This document shows positions 17,997 to 26,563 of a DNA stretch of 64,000 bases, piece after piece. The position numbers and the translations under genes are program-made. Within the stretch, counting starts at the first letter, position 1; each line of letters opens with the position of its first letter. Below the pieces are notes generated by a model, which did not search any database, was not told the DNA's origin, and worked only from the letters and a program-made list of their open reading frames with translations. Origin of the DNA: Patescibacteria group bacterium (GTDB lineage Bacteria > Patescibacteriota > Patescibacteriia > Patescibacteriales > UBA12465); NCBI GenBank assembly GCA_034002925.1, contig JAVEZP010000001.1, positions 132,024-196,023 on the forward strand, in the 5' to 3' direction.

Positions 17997-18328
17997 AGTT
18001 AGATAAAGTTCTTTTTACTAAATCTTGAAAATGTCATCAGCGCTAGCATGATGAAAGAAGAGTATAAATACTCATAGAGTAAGATAATCACGGTTAATCA
18101 AAAACATTAGAAAATTAATGAGATTAACAAATAGAAATTACAGGAAATCTTACAAGGAATTGGTAAAAAGATAACAAAGCTTAAGCTAGCAAGCTCCAAT
18201 ATTAATCCTGGCTGAAAAAATTGGTAAAAACCAATATAACAGCATGCTAGGATTGGAGCTCAGACGCGGCCTATTATTTATAATTACTTTATTTATATAA
18301 AGAGGGGCCCGTTCTGGGCTCCTTTTTT
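17997..18328 (+). ncRNA. candidate ~330-nt structured RNA or 5' leader upstream of ychF, with terminator/antiterminator architecture
   Basis: No ORF. It is bounded by the promoter above and a long terminator (18255-18271 pairs with 18304-18322, then TTTTTT). A competing 14-bp helix pairs 18193-18212 with 18246-18259. AATTGGTAAAAA is duplicated at 18158 and 18219. Confidence 0.5.
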
Positions 18329-18395
18329 ATTAGACAAGATATTGCTTTTTTATCTAAATTCTGATAAATATTAAACATCAATTAAACTATAATTT

Positions 18396-19460
18396 ATGTC
18401 TCTTTCAATAGGAATAGTGGGCTTGCCCAACGTTGGCAAATCAAGTCTATTTAATATCTTAACCAAAAAAAGCGTTGAAGCAGCTAATTATCCTTTTTGT
18501 ACTATTGATCCGAATGTAGGTGTTGTAAAGGTCCCAGATGAACGTTTAGATAAATTAGCAGCCGTTTCTAAACCACTTAAAATCATTCCAACTAGTATTG
18601 AATTTGTTGATATTGCCGGTCTAGTAGCTGGTGCTAGTAAAGGAGAGGGCTTAGGTAATCAATTTTTAGCTCATATTAGAGAATGTGATGCTATTTGTGA
18701 GGTAATTCGCGCTTTTAAAGATGATAATATTATCCATGTCAATGGGAAAATTGATCCTGAAAACGACAAAGAGACTATAAATTTAGAATTAATATTAGCC
18801 GATTTGGCTAGTGTTAGTAAAAGATTAGAAAAAAGTCGTAAAGAAAGCAAGAGTGGCAATAAAGAATTAATTTGGCAAAGCGCTATTTTAGAAAAAATAT
18901 ATTTACACCTTGAAAAAGGCTTAGCGGCACGCTCCTTAGAATTTACCGAGGAAGAGCTAGTTTTTGTTAAAACTTTGAATTTATTAAGCATAAAACCAAT
19001 TATCTATCTTCTTAACGCTGATGATTTAGAAAATATTCCCTCATTCTCTTCTTTAGATGGAGAAATTATTGCTGTTAACGTTAAAATGGAAGCAGAAATT
19101 GCTAGTTTAGCTGATGACGAACAAGCTGAATTTATTAAAGAGCTCGGCTTAAAGCAAAGTGGTTTAGATAAATTAATAGGCGCTTCCTATAAGCTCTTAG
19201 GCTTAGACACCTTCTTCACCACAGGTCCAGATGAAAGTCGAGCCTGGACTATTAAAAAAGGAGCAAAAGCTCCAGAGGCCGCCGGTGTAATTCACACGGA
19301 TTTTATTAAATCTTTTGTTAGGGCTGAAGTTATTCAATGGGATAAATTAGTAGAAATAGGCAGCGAAAGCAAAGCAAAAGAGTTAGGTATGATTAGAATT
19401 GAAGGCAAAGAATATATAGTACAAGACGGCGATGTTTGTCATTTCTTAATTAATAAATAA
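18396..19460 (+). CDS. ychF: redox-regulated ATPase YchF (Obg-family GTPase-like)
   Basis: GIVGLPNVGKSSLFN, DIAGLV, and a C-terminal TGS/YchF domain ending GDVCHF. Confidence 0.9.
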   Translation: MSLSIGIVGLPNVGKSSLFNILTKKSVEAANYPFCTIDPNVGVVKVPDERLDKLAAVSKPLKIIPTSIEFVDIAGLVAGASKGEGLGNQFLAHIRECDAICEVIRAFKDDNIIHVNGKIDPENDKETINLELILADLASVSKRLEKSRKESKSGNKELIWQSAILEKIYLHLEKGLAARSLEFTEEELVFVKTLNLLSIKPIIYLLNADDLENIPSFSSLDGEIIAVNVKMEAEIASLADDEQAEFIKELGLKQSGLDKLIGASYKLLGLDTFFTTGPDESRAWTIKKGAKAPEAAGVIHTDFIKSFVRAEVIQWDKLVEIGSESKAKELGMIRIEGKEYIVQDGDVCHFLINK

Positions 19461-19488
19461 TAAAAACCCTTCAATTTTGAAGGGATTT

Positions 19489-20022
19489 TTATTTAACTAG
19501 GGAAATATTAGACCTAGATGGTGGTATTCTAGATGATCCAGCATCCGGCTTTAATCCATCACGTTGCCTAATTGATACTAATGGACGATTATTTTCCAAA
19601 CGATCAGCACGTGGAGAGGAAACATCGCTTAAACCCGATTGTAAAGCAGAACGCCGACCTAATGCCAAATTTGCTTGGTGACTTTCAGTATCATCAGCAC
19701 GATTAATACGTGCGTAAGATTTTTTAAGCTCCATCTTAGGCGCTTCTCCCAACTTGCCAACAATTTTTTTTACCATGCTTAATTGAGATGAATTTAAATC
19801 TCCTTCGTGTTTAATGTGATTTATCATTCTTGATTGTTGAGACTTACCAAGGGAACCGCTGCGAATCATCGTTCGATATTTAGCCACTGCTTTTGCAATC
19901 GCTGTTTGATTATCAGACAATGAGCTTAAACTGCCATTTTTACTTAAATAACTTAATTTACTCTTAAATTTATTTACACTAAAGTCTTTTCCGCCCCCCG
20001 GCAAACTATTGATTCCACTCAT
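19489..20022 (-). CDS. hypothetical Ser/Arg-rich protein, probably disordered
   Basis: ORF only. I prefer Met16 (MSGINSLPGG) because the longer start overlaps the upstream gene. No motif recognised. Confidence 0.4.
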   Translation of the reverse strand: MSGINSLPGGGKDFSVNKFKSKLSYLSKNGSLSSLSDNQTAIAKAVAKYRTMIRSGSLGKSQQSRMINHIKHEGDLNSSQLSMVKKIVGKLGEAPKMELKKSYARINRADDTESHQANLALGRRSALQSGLSDVSSPRADRLENNRPLVSIRQRDGLKPDAGSSRIPPSRSNISLVK

Positions 20023-20033
20023 AAAATATAATA

Positions 20034-21215
20034 TTATTTTTTTTCTAAAACAATAAGCTCTCGCCAAACTTTTTGTCCCGGACGATGATATAATAAAGTA
20101 TCTCGATGACTTAATTTAACCCATTCCAGTTCTAAAAATTTATCTGGTATTAATTTTACTAGTCGCCAATCACCTAAATTTAAATCTAAAAACTCTTGAC
20201 CAAAAAATACTGGCCAAACCATCACTATTCGTCCTTGCTTCTTTAAAATTTGAGAAAAACTAGACAAAGCTTGTTGATAGAGGGTCTGTAATTCATCTTT
20301 AATTAAAGCAATGTCCTTTAAACCACGTTGAGGACCAAGATATGGTTCAGTTACAATACTCGTCACGCTATCTTTTTTTAAAAACTGATGTAAACGAGTA
20401 GCGTTTTTGATATGAAAATGAGGAAAAACATCTAAAGAATACAAATCTTTCATCCAAGAGGTGTTTGTCCGGCTGTCTTGAATGGCTTTTGCTGATAAAT
20501 CAGTTCCTAGTAAATTACTATAACCCAGCAACATGGCTTCATGAATAATAGTACCAGAACCACAAAAAGGATCTAACAATAAAGAATTCAGTTCGTTTTG
20601 TTGAGTAATATTTATCATCATCTGTGCTAATTTTGGTGGCAACATTCCAGAATGATCGTCTCGAGCTGGGCGACCATAATCACGTCTTGATAGATCTTTA
20701 TAATCTTGGATAGCCAGTGTTCGAGCAATAACTATTTTATTATTATCACTGTAAAAAATAAGTTCAGCACCTTTTGTTAGCAATTTATTTTGACCAACCA
20801 CCACACTGGAAAGTTCTTTTTCTCTGCTTGTAACCAAGCGAGAAGAAATATTCTGCTGTTTGAATTCTTTTTTAATTTGTAAACCTAATTTTTCTGCCGA
20901 AAAACGTCCACTGACACCATAATCTGACAAACCAAAGATTAATTTTCCCTCGCCTCTTTTGGCTTTAGCGCTAATAATCTTTGCGCTATTTTTAGCTAAT
21001 TGCAGAAAAGAAGTGTTTATATCCAATACAAGCTCAACCTGAGCAATCTTTAAAGTGCCACCCAAGCGCCTTATTAAAGTTTCTGCATTTAAATCAAATT
21101 GATCCTTAATTAAAATATGCTCCTTAGACCAAGTTAAATCATCAAAGCCAAACATTGCTCCTATTTCCGCTACTGACCAAGTCGGATGAGATCCGAGAAT
21201 AAAAATATGATTCAT
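20034..21215 (-). CDS. putative RNA (guanine-N2) methyltransferase, UPF0020/Trm11-like
   Basis: SAM motif I DPFCGSGTIIHEA and a later EPYLGP (the NPPY-like position). Confidence 0.55.
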   Translation of the reverse strand: MNHIFILGSHPTWSVAEIGAMFGFDDLTWSKEHILIKDQFDLNAETLIRRLGGTLKIAQVELVLDINTSFLQLAKNSAKIISAKAKRGEGKLIFGLSDYGVSGRFSAEKLGLQIKKEFKQQNISSRLVTSREKELSSVVVGQNKLLTKGAELIFYSDNNKIVIARTLAIQDYKDLSRRDYGRPARDDHSGMLPPKLAQMMINITQQNELNSLLLDPFCGSGTIIHEAMLLGYSNLLGTDLSAKAIQDSRTNTSWMKDLYSLDVFPHFHIKNATRLHQFLKKDSVTSIVTEPYLGPQRGLKDIALIKDELQTLYQQALSSFSQILKKQGRIVMVWPVFFGQEFLDLNLGDWRLVKLIPDKFLELEWVKLSHRDTLLYHRPGQKVWRELIVLEKK

Positions 21216-21467
21216 ATATCAATACTATGCCCTAAGTCTTGCTTTTTTTCAAGTATTATGATAAATTAATATTCTAAAAGAATATTTTATATATCTTTCC
21301 CACATTCTGATTTATTTCAGAATAGTTCCGTTCTTTTTATAAGCGGAATTAAAGGTATTCTTAGAAACCCTAATTCTACAGAATACTTGGGTTTTTATTT
21401 AATCTAAATGATGTTAAAAGAATGTTAAATTTTAATTAGCTTCTTTTTGCAGCCATTATGTTAAACT

Positions 21468-21998
21468 ATGTCTAAGACAAAAAAGTCCGGACCTGGACGT
21501 TATGAATTGCTTTTCATCGTCCCAAATAATTACACCGAAGATGAAGCTAAGCAGATTGTCAGTAAAACTGAAAATATGCTGATTGAAAATCAAGCTACAA
21601 TCGTCTATCGTGAATATTGGGGCAAGAAAAAATTAGCCTATCCGATTAGTCATAATCATTACGGCTATTACAACTTATTTGAATTTGAAGCTGAAAAAAA
21701 TCATGTGCTTGAACTCAGTCGTTTACTCAAATTATCTAAAGAAATCTTACGCTATCAAATCATTAGCGTTGCCGCTTTAAGTGATGAACAAAGAGAACTT
21801 ATTAAGACAAAGCAAGCAGCGGCAGTGGTAAAAGATAAAGATAGAAAAGATGAAAAAAAGACTAAAGAAAAAAACACCGATGACACAGAAGAAAAAAGCA
21901 AAGAAGTAAAAAAAGAAAAGAAAGAAACCACTAAAGCAGAACTAAAAGATTTGGATGAAAAATTAGAAGGCATTATTAGTGCTAAAGATCTTGTATAA
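21468..21998 (+). CDS. rpsF: 30S ribosomal protein S6 with Lys/Glu-rich C-terminal extension
   Basis: YELLFIV...WGKKKLAYPI is an S6 signature, and the gene order is rpsF-ssb-rpsR. Confidence 0.9.
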   Translation: MSKTKKSGPGRYELLFIVPNNYTEDEAKQIVSKTENMLIENQATIVYREYWGKKKLAYPISHNHYGYYNLFEFEAEKNHVLELSRLLKLSKEILRYQIISVAALSDEQRELIKTKQAAAVVKDKDRKDEKKTKEKNTDDTEEKSKEVKKEKKETTKAELKDLDEKLEGIISAKDLV

Positions 21999-22050
21999 TT
22001 AATCTGCTTAATTTTATAAGTGCGTTTATAAAGTTAAGTTCTAAAAATAT

Positions 22051-22509
22051 ATGAACTTAAACAAAGCCATGATCATCGGTAATCTAACCCGAGATCCTGA
22101 AACAAGAACCACTCCTTCTGGCCAAAACGTTGCTTCTTTTAGCGTTGCCACCAGTCTAACTTGGACAGACAATACTGGGCAACAACAAAAGAAAACTGAA
22201 TTTCATAACATTGTCGCTTGGCGTAAATTAGCTGACATTTGTGCTCAATATTTACGTAAAGGCTCTAAAGTTTACATCGAAGGACGTCTTCAAACTAATG
22301 AATGGACTGGCCAAGACGGAGTTAAAAAATATCGCACCGAAATAGTTGCAGACAATATGATTATGCTAGATAGAGCCAATACTAATAACGATAGTTACGG
22401 CAACTTTAATAATAATCAAACTGCTCCTAAAAATAATAACCAAGAAGAAGAATTGCCCACTATTAATGCTGATGAAGAAGAGATTAGAGTGGAAAATATT
22501 CCTTTCTAA
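22051..22509 (+). CDS. ssb: single-stranded DNA-binding protein
   Basis: OB-fold N-terminus MNLNKAMIIGNLTRDPE and an acidic C-terminal tip ending IPF. Confidence 0.9.
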   Translation: MNLNKAMIIGNLTRDPETRTTPSGQNVASFSVATSLTWTDNTGQQQKKTEFHNIVAWRKLADICAQYLRKGSKVYIEGRLQTNEWTGQDGVKKYRTEIVADNMIMLDRANTNNDSYGNFNNNQTAPKNNNQEEELPTINADEEEIRVENIPF

Positions 22510-22527
22510 ATAATAAGTTTAATCAAT

Positions 22528-22737
22528 ATGAATAAAAATTCTAAAGAATGTTTTTTCTGTGTTAATCAAATTGATGCAGATTACAAGGATGTTCGCACCT
22601 TACGTCGTTTCATCAACTTTTACATGAAAATTTTACCTGGTAGCCGTACTGGTGTTTGTGCTTGGCATCAACGCAAATTAACTCAGGCTATTAAAAGAGC
22701 CCGGGTAATGGCTTTATTGTCTCCTACTCACAAATAA
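22528..22737 (+). CDS. rpsR: 30S ribosomal protein S18
   Basis: CFFC...IDYKDV..LRRFI.. and RTG.CA.HQR.L..AIKRAR are S18 signatures. Confidence 0.9.
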   Translation: MNKNSKECFFCVNQIDADYKDVRTLRRFINFYMKILPGSRTGVCAWHQRKLTQAIKRARVMALLSPTHK

Positions 22738-22749
22738 ACAATAATCCCT

Positions 22750-23310
22750 ATGCTTAATTTTAACGAAATTAAAACAGGGCGCGTTATTTTATTAAATGAC
22801 GAGCCGTATGTCATTGTTAAAACTGACCATCACACAATGGGTAGAGGCGGAGCTGTCTTGAAAGTTAAATGTCGTAATTTAATTAATGGCAATGTCTTAG
22901 AAAGAACTTATCAAGGTTCTGAAAAAGCAGAAGAAGCAGAAACCGAAAGAAAGAAAGCTAACTTTATGTATAAAGACCAGAATGAAGCCTTCTTTATGGA
23001 AAATGAATCATACGAACAATTTAGTTTACCCTTAGAAGAACTAGCTGAAAAAACTCAGTTTTTAAAAGAAGGGACCGATGTTAATGTTTTATACTTTAAA
23101 TCTAGACCAGTGGCTTTAGATCTGCCAATCAAGATGGATTTCCAAGTAACTTCCGCTCCTCCAGGCGTGAAAGGTAATTCTGCTGGCAACGTCAATAAAC
23201 AAGTAGAAATTGAAACTGGAGCTAAAATTAATGTACCAATGTTTATTGAGGAAGGTGATATGATTAGGATCAACACTGAAACAGGGGAATACGTTGAAAG
23301 AGCTAACTAA
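22750..23310 (+). CDS. efp: elongation factor P (Arg at the loop tip, residue 32)
   Basis: Full-length EF-P architecture ending GEYVERA. The loop reads HHTMGRGGAV where E. coli has VKPGKGQAF. Confidence 0.9.
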   Translation: MLNFNEIKTGRVILLNDEPYVIVKTDHHTMGRGGAVLKVKCRNLINGNVLERTYQGSEKAEEAETERKKANFMYKDQNEAFFMENESYEQFSLPLEELAEKTQFLKEGTDVNVLYFKSRPVALDLPIKMDFQVTSAPPGVKGNSAGNVNKQVEIETGAKINVPMFIEEGDMIRINTETGEYVERAN

Positions 23311-23339
23311 AAAAGAGCCGCTTCAGTAGCGGCTCTTTT
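23311..23339 (+). terminator. intrinsic terminator after efp
   Basis: AAAAGAGCCGC-TTCAGTA-GCGGCTCTTTT. Confidence 0.85.
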
Positions 23340-23385
23340 GAGATTAGCAAATCGACAAGAAAAATATGAATGCTATAATTGTTGT

Positions 23386-24759
23386 ATGACTTATTTAATA
23401 TTATTAGCCTTAGCTTTCTTCAGCTTACTAGCGATTATCCGCTTAGACTGGGCTCTTTTTATTATTCTATTAAGTCTTCCTAGTTATTTAATTCGCTTTC
23501 AACTTGGCCCCATCCCTAGCACCATGCTAGAAATGATGATTTTAATTGTTTTTTTTGTTTGGTTTGTAAAAAATAAAACTTGGCAAAGATGGAATAAAAA
23601 ATCTTGGAAAATAAGGACTAAAAAATATCCTTATCATTTAGAAATCATTGGCATTCTAATTGCCGCTTGGATTGCTTTAGCAGTTAGCGGTTTTAGCAAT
23701 AGCGGCTTAGGTGTTTTTAAAGCCTATTTCTTAGAACCAATCATGCTCTATATTGTAATTATCAATAACAGCCAAGGTAATTATCGAAAATATATTTGGC
23801 CCCTTAGTCTTTCTGCTTTATTTATCAGCAGTATTGCGATCTTTCAACAACTAACTGGCGCCTTCATCTTTAACGAGTTTTGGGCAAATCTCGCTACCAG
23901 ACGCGTCACCTCGGTTTTCTCTTATCCTAATGCCGTTGGTCTGTATCTTGCTCCTATTATTTTTTTAAGCATTAGTCTTTTTTGGGGTTATCCAAAAAAA
24001 AGCAGTCTAGTGGTAGCTCTTAAAAAGATGCTAATTTTATTAAGCATCATTAGCTCTATTGCTGCTATTATATTTGCCCGCTCTGAAGGAGCTCTAATTG
24101 CTATCTTGGGAGCTTCCTTTGTTTTTGCTTTATTGCTCAATAAACGCAGTCGCATAATAGCAATTACCGTGAGCATACTAGCTATTTTTTTGATTAGTCT
24201 TTCGCCCAATAATTGGCAATATCTGAAGGATAAAGCAACATTAATGGATTTAAGTGGACAAATTAGAAGACAACAATGGAAAGAAACAATGTTAATGTTG
24301 CAAGATGGTAAATTAATCACAGGTGCCGGTTTAAATAATTATCAAACAGCCATTGAGCCTTTTCATCAAGAAGGAATATTTGTTAAAAACCATGACCCAG
24401 AATGGCATCGTCATGTTGTCTGGAATGAAGAATATCGCAAAAAAATGTGGCAACCAGTAGAAATATATCTCTATCCTCATAATATTTTTCTCAATTTTTG
24501 GACGGAATTAGGTCTGCTCGGCCTTTGCTTATTCTTTTTCTTAATTAGCCGTTATTTATATGATGCTCTTAAAATATTAAAAAAAGATAAACAAAAAGAG
24601 CGCGTATTTAGCCTAGGCCTGATAGCTGCAATGAGCACCGTACTCATTCATGGTTTAGTGGATGTCCCCTATTTTAAAAATGATCTTGCCATTATTTTTT
24701 GGCTACTAATTGCTTTTTTGGGAATAATGAAATTAAAACTACAAACTAAAAAAATATGA
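23386..24759 (+). CDS. O-antigen ligase / Wzy-like polytopic membrane protein
   Basis: More than 10 TM helices with a large periplasmic loop (Wzy_C-like, ...RSEGALIA...). I prefer the Met at 23386 (MTYLILLAL); the track start at 23338 is TTG. Confidence 0.6.
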   Translation: MTYLILLALAFFSLLAIIRLDWALFIILLSLPSYLIRFQLGPIPSTMLEMMILIVFFVWFVKNKTWQRWNKKSWKIRTKKYPYHLEIIGILIAAWIALAVSGFSNSGLGVFKAYFLEPIMLYIVIINNSQGNYRKYIWPLSLSALFISSIAIFQQLTGAFIFNEFWANLATRRVTSVFSYPNAVGLYLAPIIFLSISLFWGYPKKSSLVVALKKMLILLSIISSIAAIIFARSEGALIAILGASFVFALLLNKRSRIIAITVSILAIFLISLSPNNWQYLKDKATLMDLSGQIRRQQWKETMLMLQDGKLITGAGLNNYQTAIEPFHQEGIFVKNHDPEWHRHVVWNEEYRKKMWQPVEIYLYPHNIFLNFWTELGLLGLCLFFFLISRYLYDALKILKKDKQKERVFSLGLIAAMSTVLIHGLVDVPYFKNDLAIIFWLLIAFLGIMKLKLQTKKI

Positions 24760-25466
24760 TTTATCTAACAAAATATTTAGCTCAAGCAGGTATTGCTAGT
24801 AGGCGCCAAGCCGAAGAGTTAATTAAAAAAAATCGAGTCAAGGTAAATGGCGAAGCAGCCTATTTAGGCATGATGGTATCAGGAGAGGAAGAAATAAAAG
24901 TTAATAACAAAAAAGTAGAATATAGTTTAAATGAAAAACCTTTAGTTATCGCTCTCCATAAACCATTAGGCTATACCTGTACTAATCGTCAATTTAAAAA
25001 TGAAGACAATATTTTTTCTTTACTACCAGAAAAATATCGCAATTTAATCATTGCTGGCCGCTTAGACAAAGAGAGTCGTGGTTTAGTGATACTAACCAAT
25101 GATGGTAACTTAGCTAATCAAATCACGCATCCTCGTTATGAACATGATAAAAAATATTTAGTTCGTTTTTTTCGTGAAGATGAAATGAAATTATCAGCAA
25201 AAGATTTATACATGAGAGCTAAAGATGGTATTAAAACTAAAGAAGGTGACATCTTAACCGCCAAAGCTATCCGCCAAGAAGGTGATCGCTGGGCGGTAAC
25301 ACTGGGAGAAGGTAAAAAAAGACATATTCGTCGCTTATTTGCCGGCATGGGATTAAAAGTCTCTGATTTGCAACGTGTTAATATTGGCAAACTTGGCTTA
25401 GGTGGTCTTGGAATTGGTGAGTTTAGGATTTTATCAGATAAAGACATTAAAAAAATCAGTCAATAA
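24756..25466 (+). CDS. pseudouridine synthase, RsuA/RluB family
   Basis: S4 domain (LTKYLAQAGIASRRQAE) and the catalytic motif GRLDKESRGLVILTNDG. Confidence 0.85.
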   Translation: MIYLTKYLAQAGIASRRQAEELIKKNRVKVNGEAAYLGMMVSGEEEIKVNNKKVEYSLNEKPLVIALHKPLGYTCTNRQFKNEDNIFSLLPEKYRNLIIAGRLDKESRGLVILTNDGNLANQITHPRYEHDKKYLVRFFREDEMKLSAKDLYMRAKDGIKTKEGDILTAKAIRQEGDRWAVTLGEGKKRHIRRLFAGMGLKVSDLQRVNIGKLGLGGLGIGEFRILSDKDIKKISQ

Positions 25467-25470
25467 TCTT

Positions 25471-25557
25471 GGAGAGGTGGCTGAGTGGTTGAAAGCACCG
25501 CTCTCGAAAAGCGGCAAGGACGCAAGTCCTTCGGGAGTTCGAATCTCCCCCTCTCCG
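25471..25557 (+). tRNA. tRNA-Ser(CGA)
   Basis: Manual cloverleaf with long variable arm: GGAGAGG acceptor, anticodon loop CTCGAAA, T-arm GGGAG-TTCGAAT-CTCCC. Confidence 0.9.
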
Positions 25558-25582
25558 CAGATTTAAAACATTATTAAAGAAC

Positions 25583-26254
25583 ATGAAAAAAGAAATTAAT
25601 ATAGAGCCTGAATGGAAAACAGTTCTCAAAGATATTTTCCAAAATGAAGATTTTATAAAATTATCTGATTTTGTTCGTTTTGAATATCTTAATAAAAAAG
25701 TATATCCTGCTCCTGAAAATTTATTTAAAGCTTTTTGGTTGACACCTTTTTCTAAGGTCAAGGTGGTTATTTTAGGCCAAGATCCTTATCATAACCCTGG
25801 ACAAGCTCATGGTTTGTGTTTTTCTGTGCCAGATAATATTACTCTACCGCCTTCTTTACAAAATATCTATAAAGAAATTGAAAAAGATTTAGGAATAAAA
25901 AAAGATTTTCATTCTGGCAATTTAGAAAATTGGGCACAACAAGGAGTGTTTCTTTTAAACGCTATTCTTACAGTTGTTGCTCATCAACCAACTTCTCACC
26001 GTAATCATGGCTGGGAAGAATTTACAGATGCAATCATGAAAAAATTATCAGAAGAAAAAGAAAACTTAGTCTTTATGCTTTGGGGAAATTACGCACGTAG
26101 CAAAAAGACATTAATTGACAATACTAAACATCTAATTCTTGAAGCACCCCACCCCTCACCTTTATCCGCTTATGCTGGCTTCTTTGGTTGTCGTCATTTC
26201 TCACAATGTAATCACTATTTAAAAACAAAAAAAATAAAACCGATCGCGTGGTAA
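25583..26254 (+). CDS. ung: uracil-DNA glycosylase (family 1)
   Basis: GQDPYH water-activating motif and HPSPLS near the C-terminus. Confidence 0.9.
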   Translation: MKKEINIEPEWKTVLKDIFQNEDFIKLSDFVRFEYLNKKVYPAPENLFKAFWLTPFSKVKVVILGQDPYHNPGQAHGLCFSVPDNITLPPSLQNIYKEIEKDLGIKKDFHSGNLENWAQQGVFLLNAILTVVAHQPTSHRNHGWEEFTDAIMKKLSEEKENLVFMLWGNYARSKKTLIDNTKHLILEAPHPSPLSAYAGFFGCRHFSQCNHYLKTKKIKPIAW

Positions 26255-26268
26255 ATTAATAACCTCCT

Positions 26269-26412
26269 CCCCGCACTCAAAAATCCGTCCCTTCAGGAAC
26301 GGATTTTTTCATACGGGGTTTCCTTTCGGGTTTCGCTAAGACGTTCAAGCCTCCGCTTCGCTCCGGGTGTAATTCATCCCCGCACTCGCTGGGTGCTCGT
26401 GCGGGGTTTCCT
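26269..26412. repeat. GC-rich non-coding island with a duplicated hairpin motif CCCCGCACTC...(A/G)CGGGGTTTCCT
   Basis: Copy A spans 26269-26324 and encloses the ung terminator hairpin (26279-26309). Copy B spans 26378-26412: stem CCCCGCAC/GTGCGGGG with a 13-nt loop. Local GC is far above the surrounding sequence. Confidence 0.5.
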
Positions 26413-26563
26413 GACCTTATAAAAATTAATATTTACATCATAATTATACTTAATTATCTATCTTTTAGCAAATAGGGAATTTATTTTATGGTTTTTTGTC
26501 AATAAATTTCTTGACAAATTATTTAGATATAATATAATTTAATCTGTAATAAAAAAACAATTT

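Noticed and set aside
17997-18328. Assigning the structured RNA upstream of ychF to tmRNA, RNase P RNA, SRP RNA, 6S RNA or a T-box
   Set aside because: I could not find the diagnostic sequences. Missing are a tRNA-like GGTTCGAATCC...CCA 3' end, GAGGAAAGTCC, the GGAAGCAGC domain IV motif, and the GGTGGTACCGCG T-box sequence. It is left as unclassified rather than named.
21800-21998. Lys/Glu-rich tail of S6 as a separate gene or repeat element
   Set aside because: It is continuous in frame with the S6 core and is a simple charged low-complexity extension, with no independent start or DNA-level tandem repeat.
25456-25761. 101-aa minus-strand ORF
   Set aside because: It overlaps tRNA-Ser and the 5' end of ung on the opposite strand, and has no motif.
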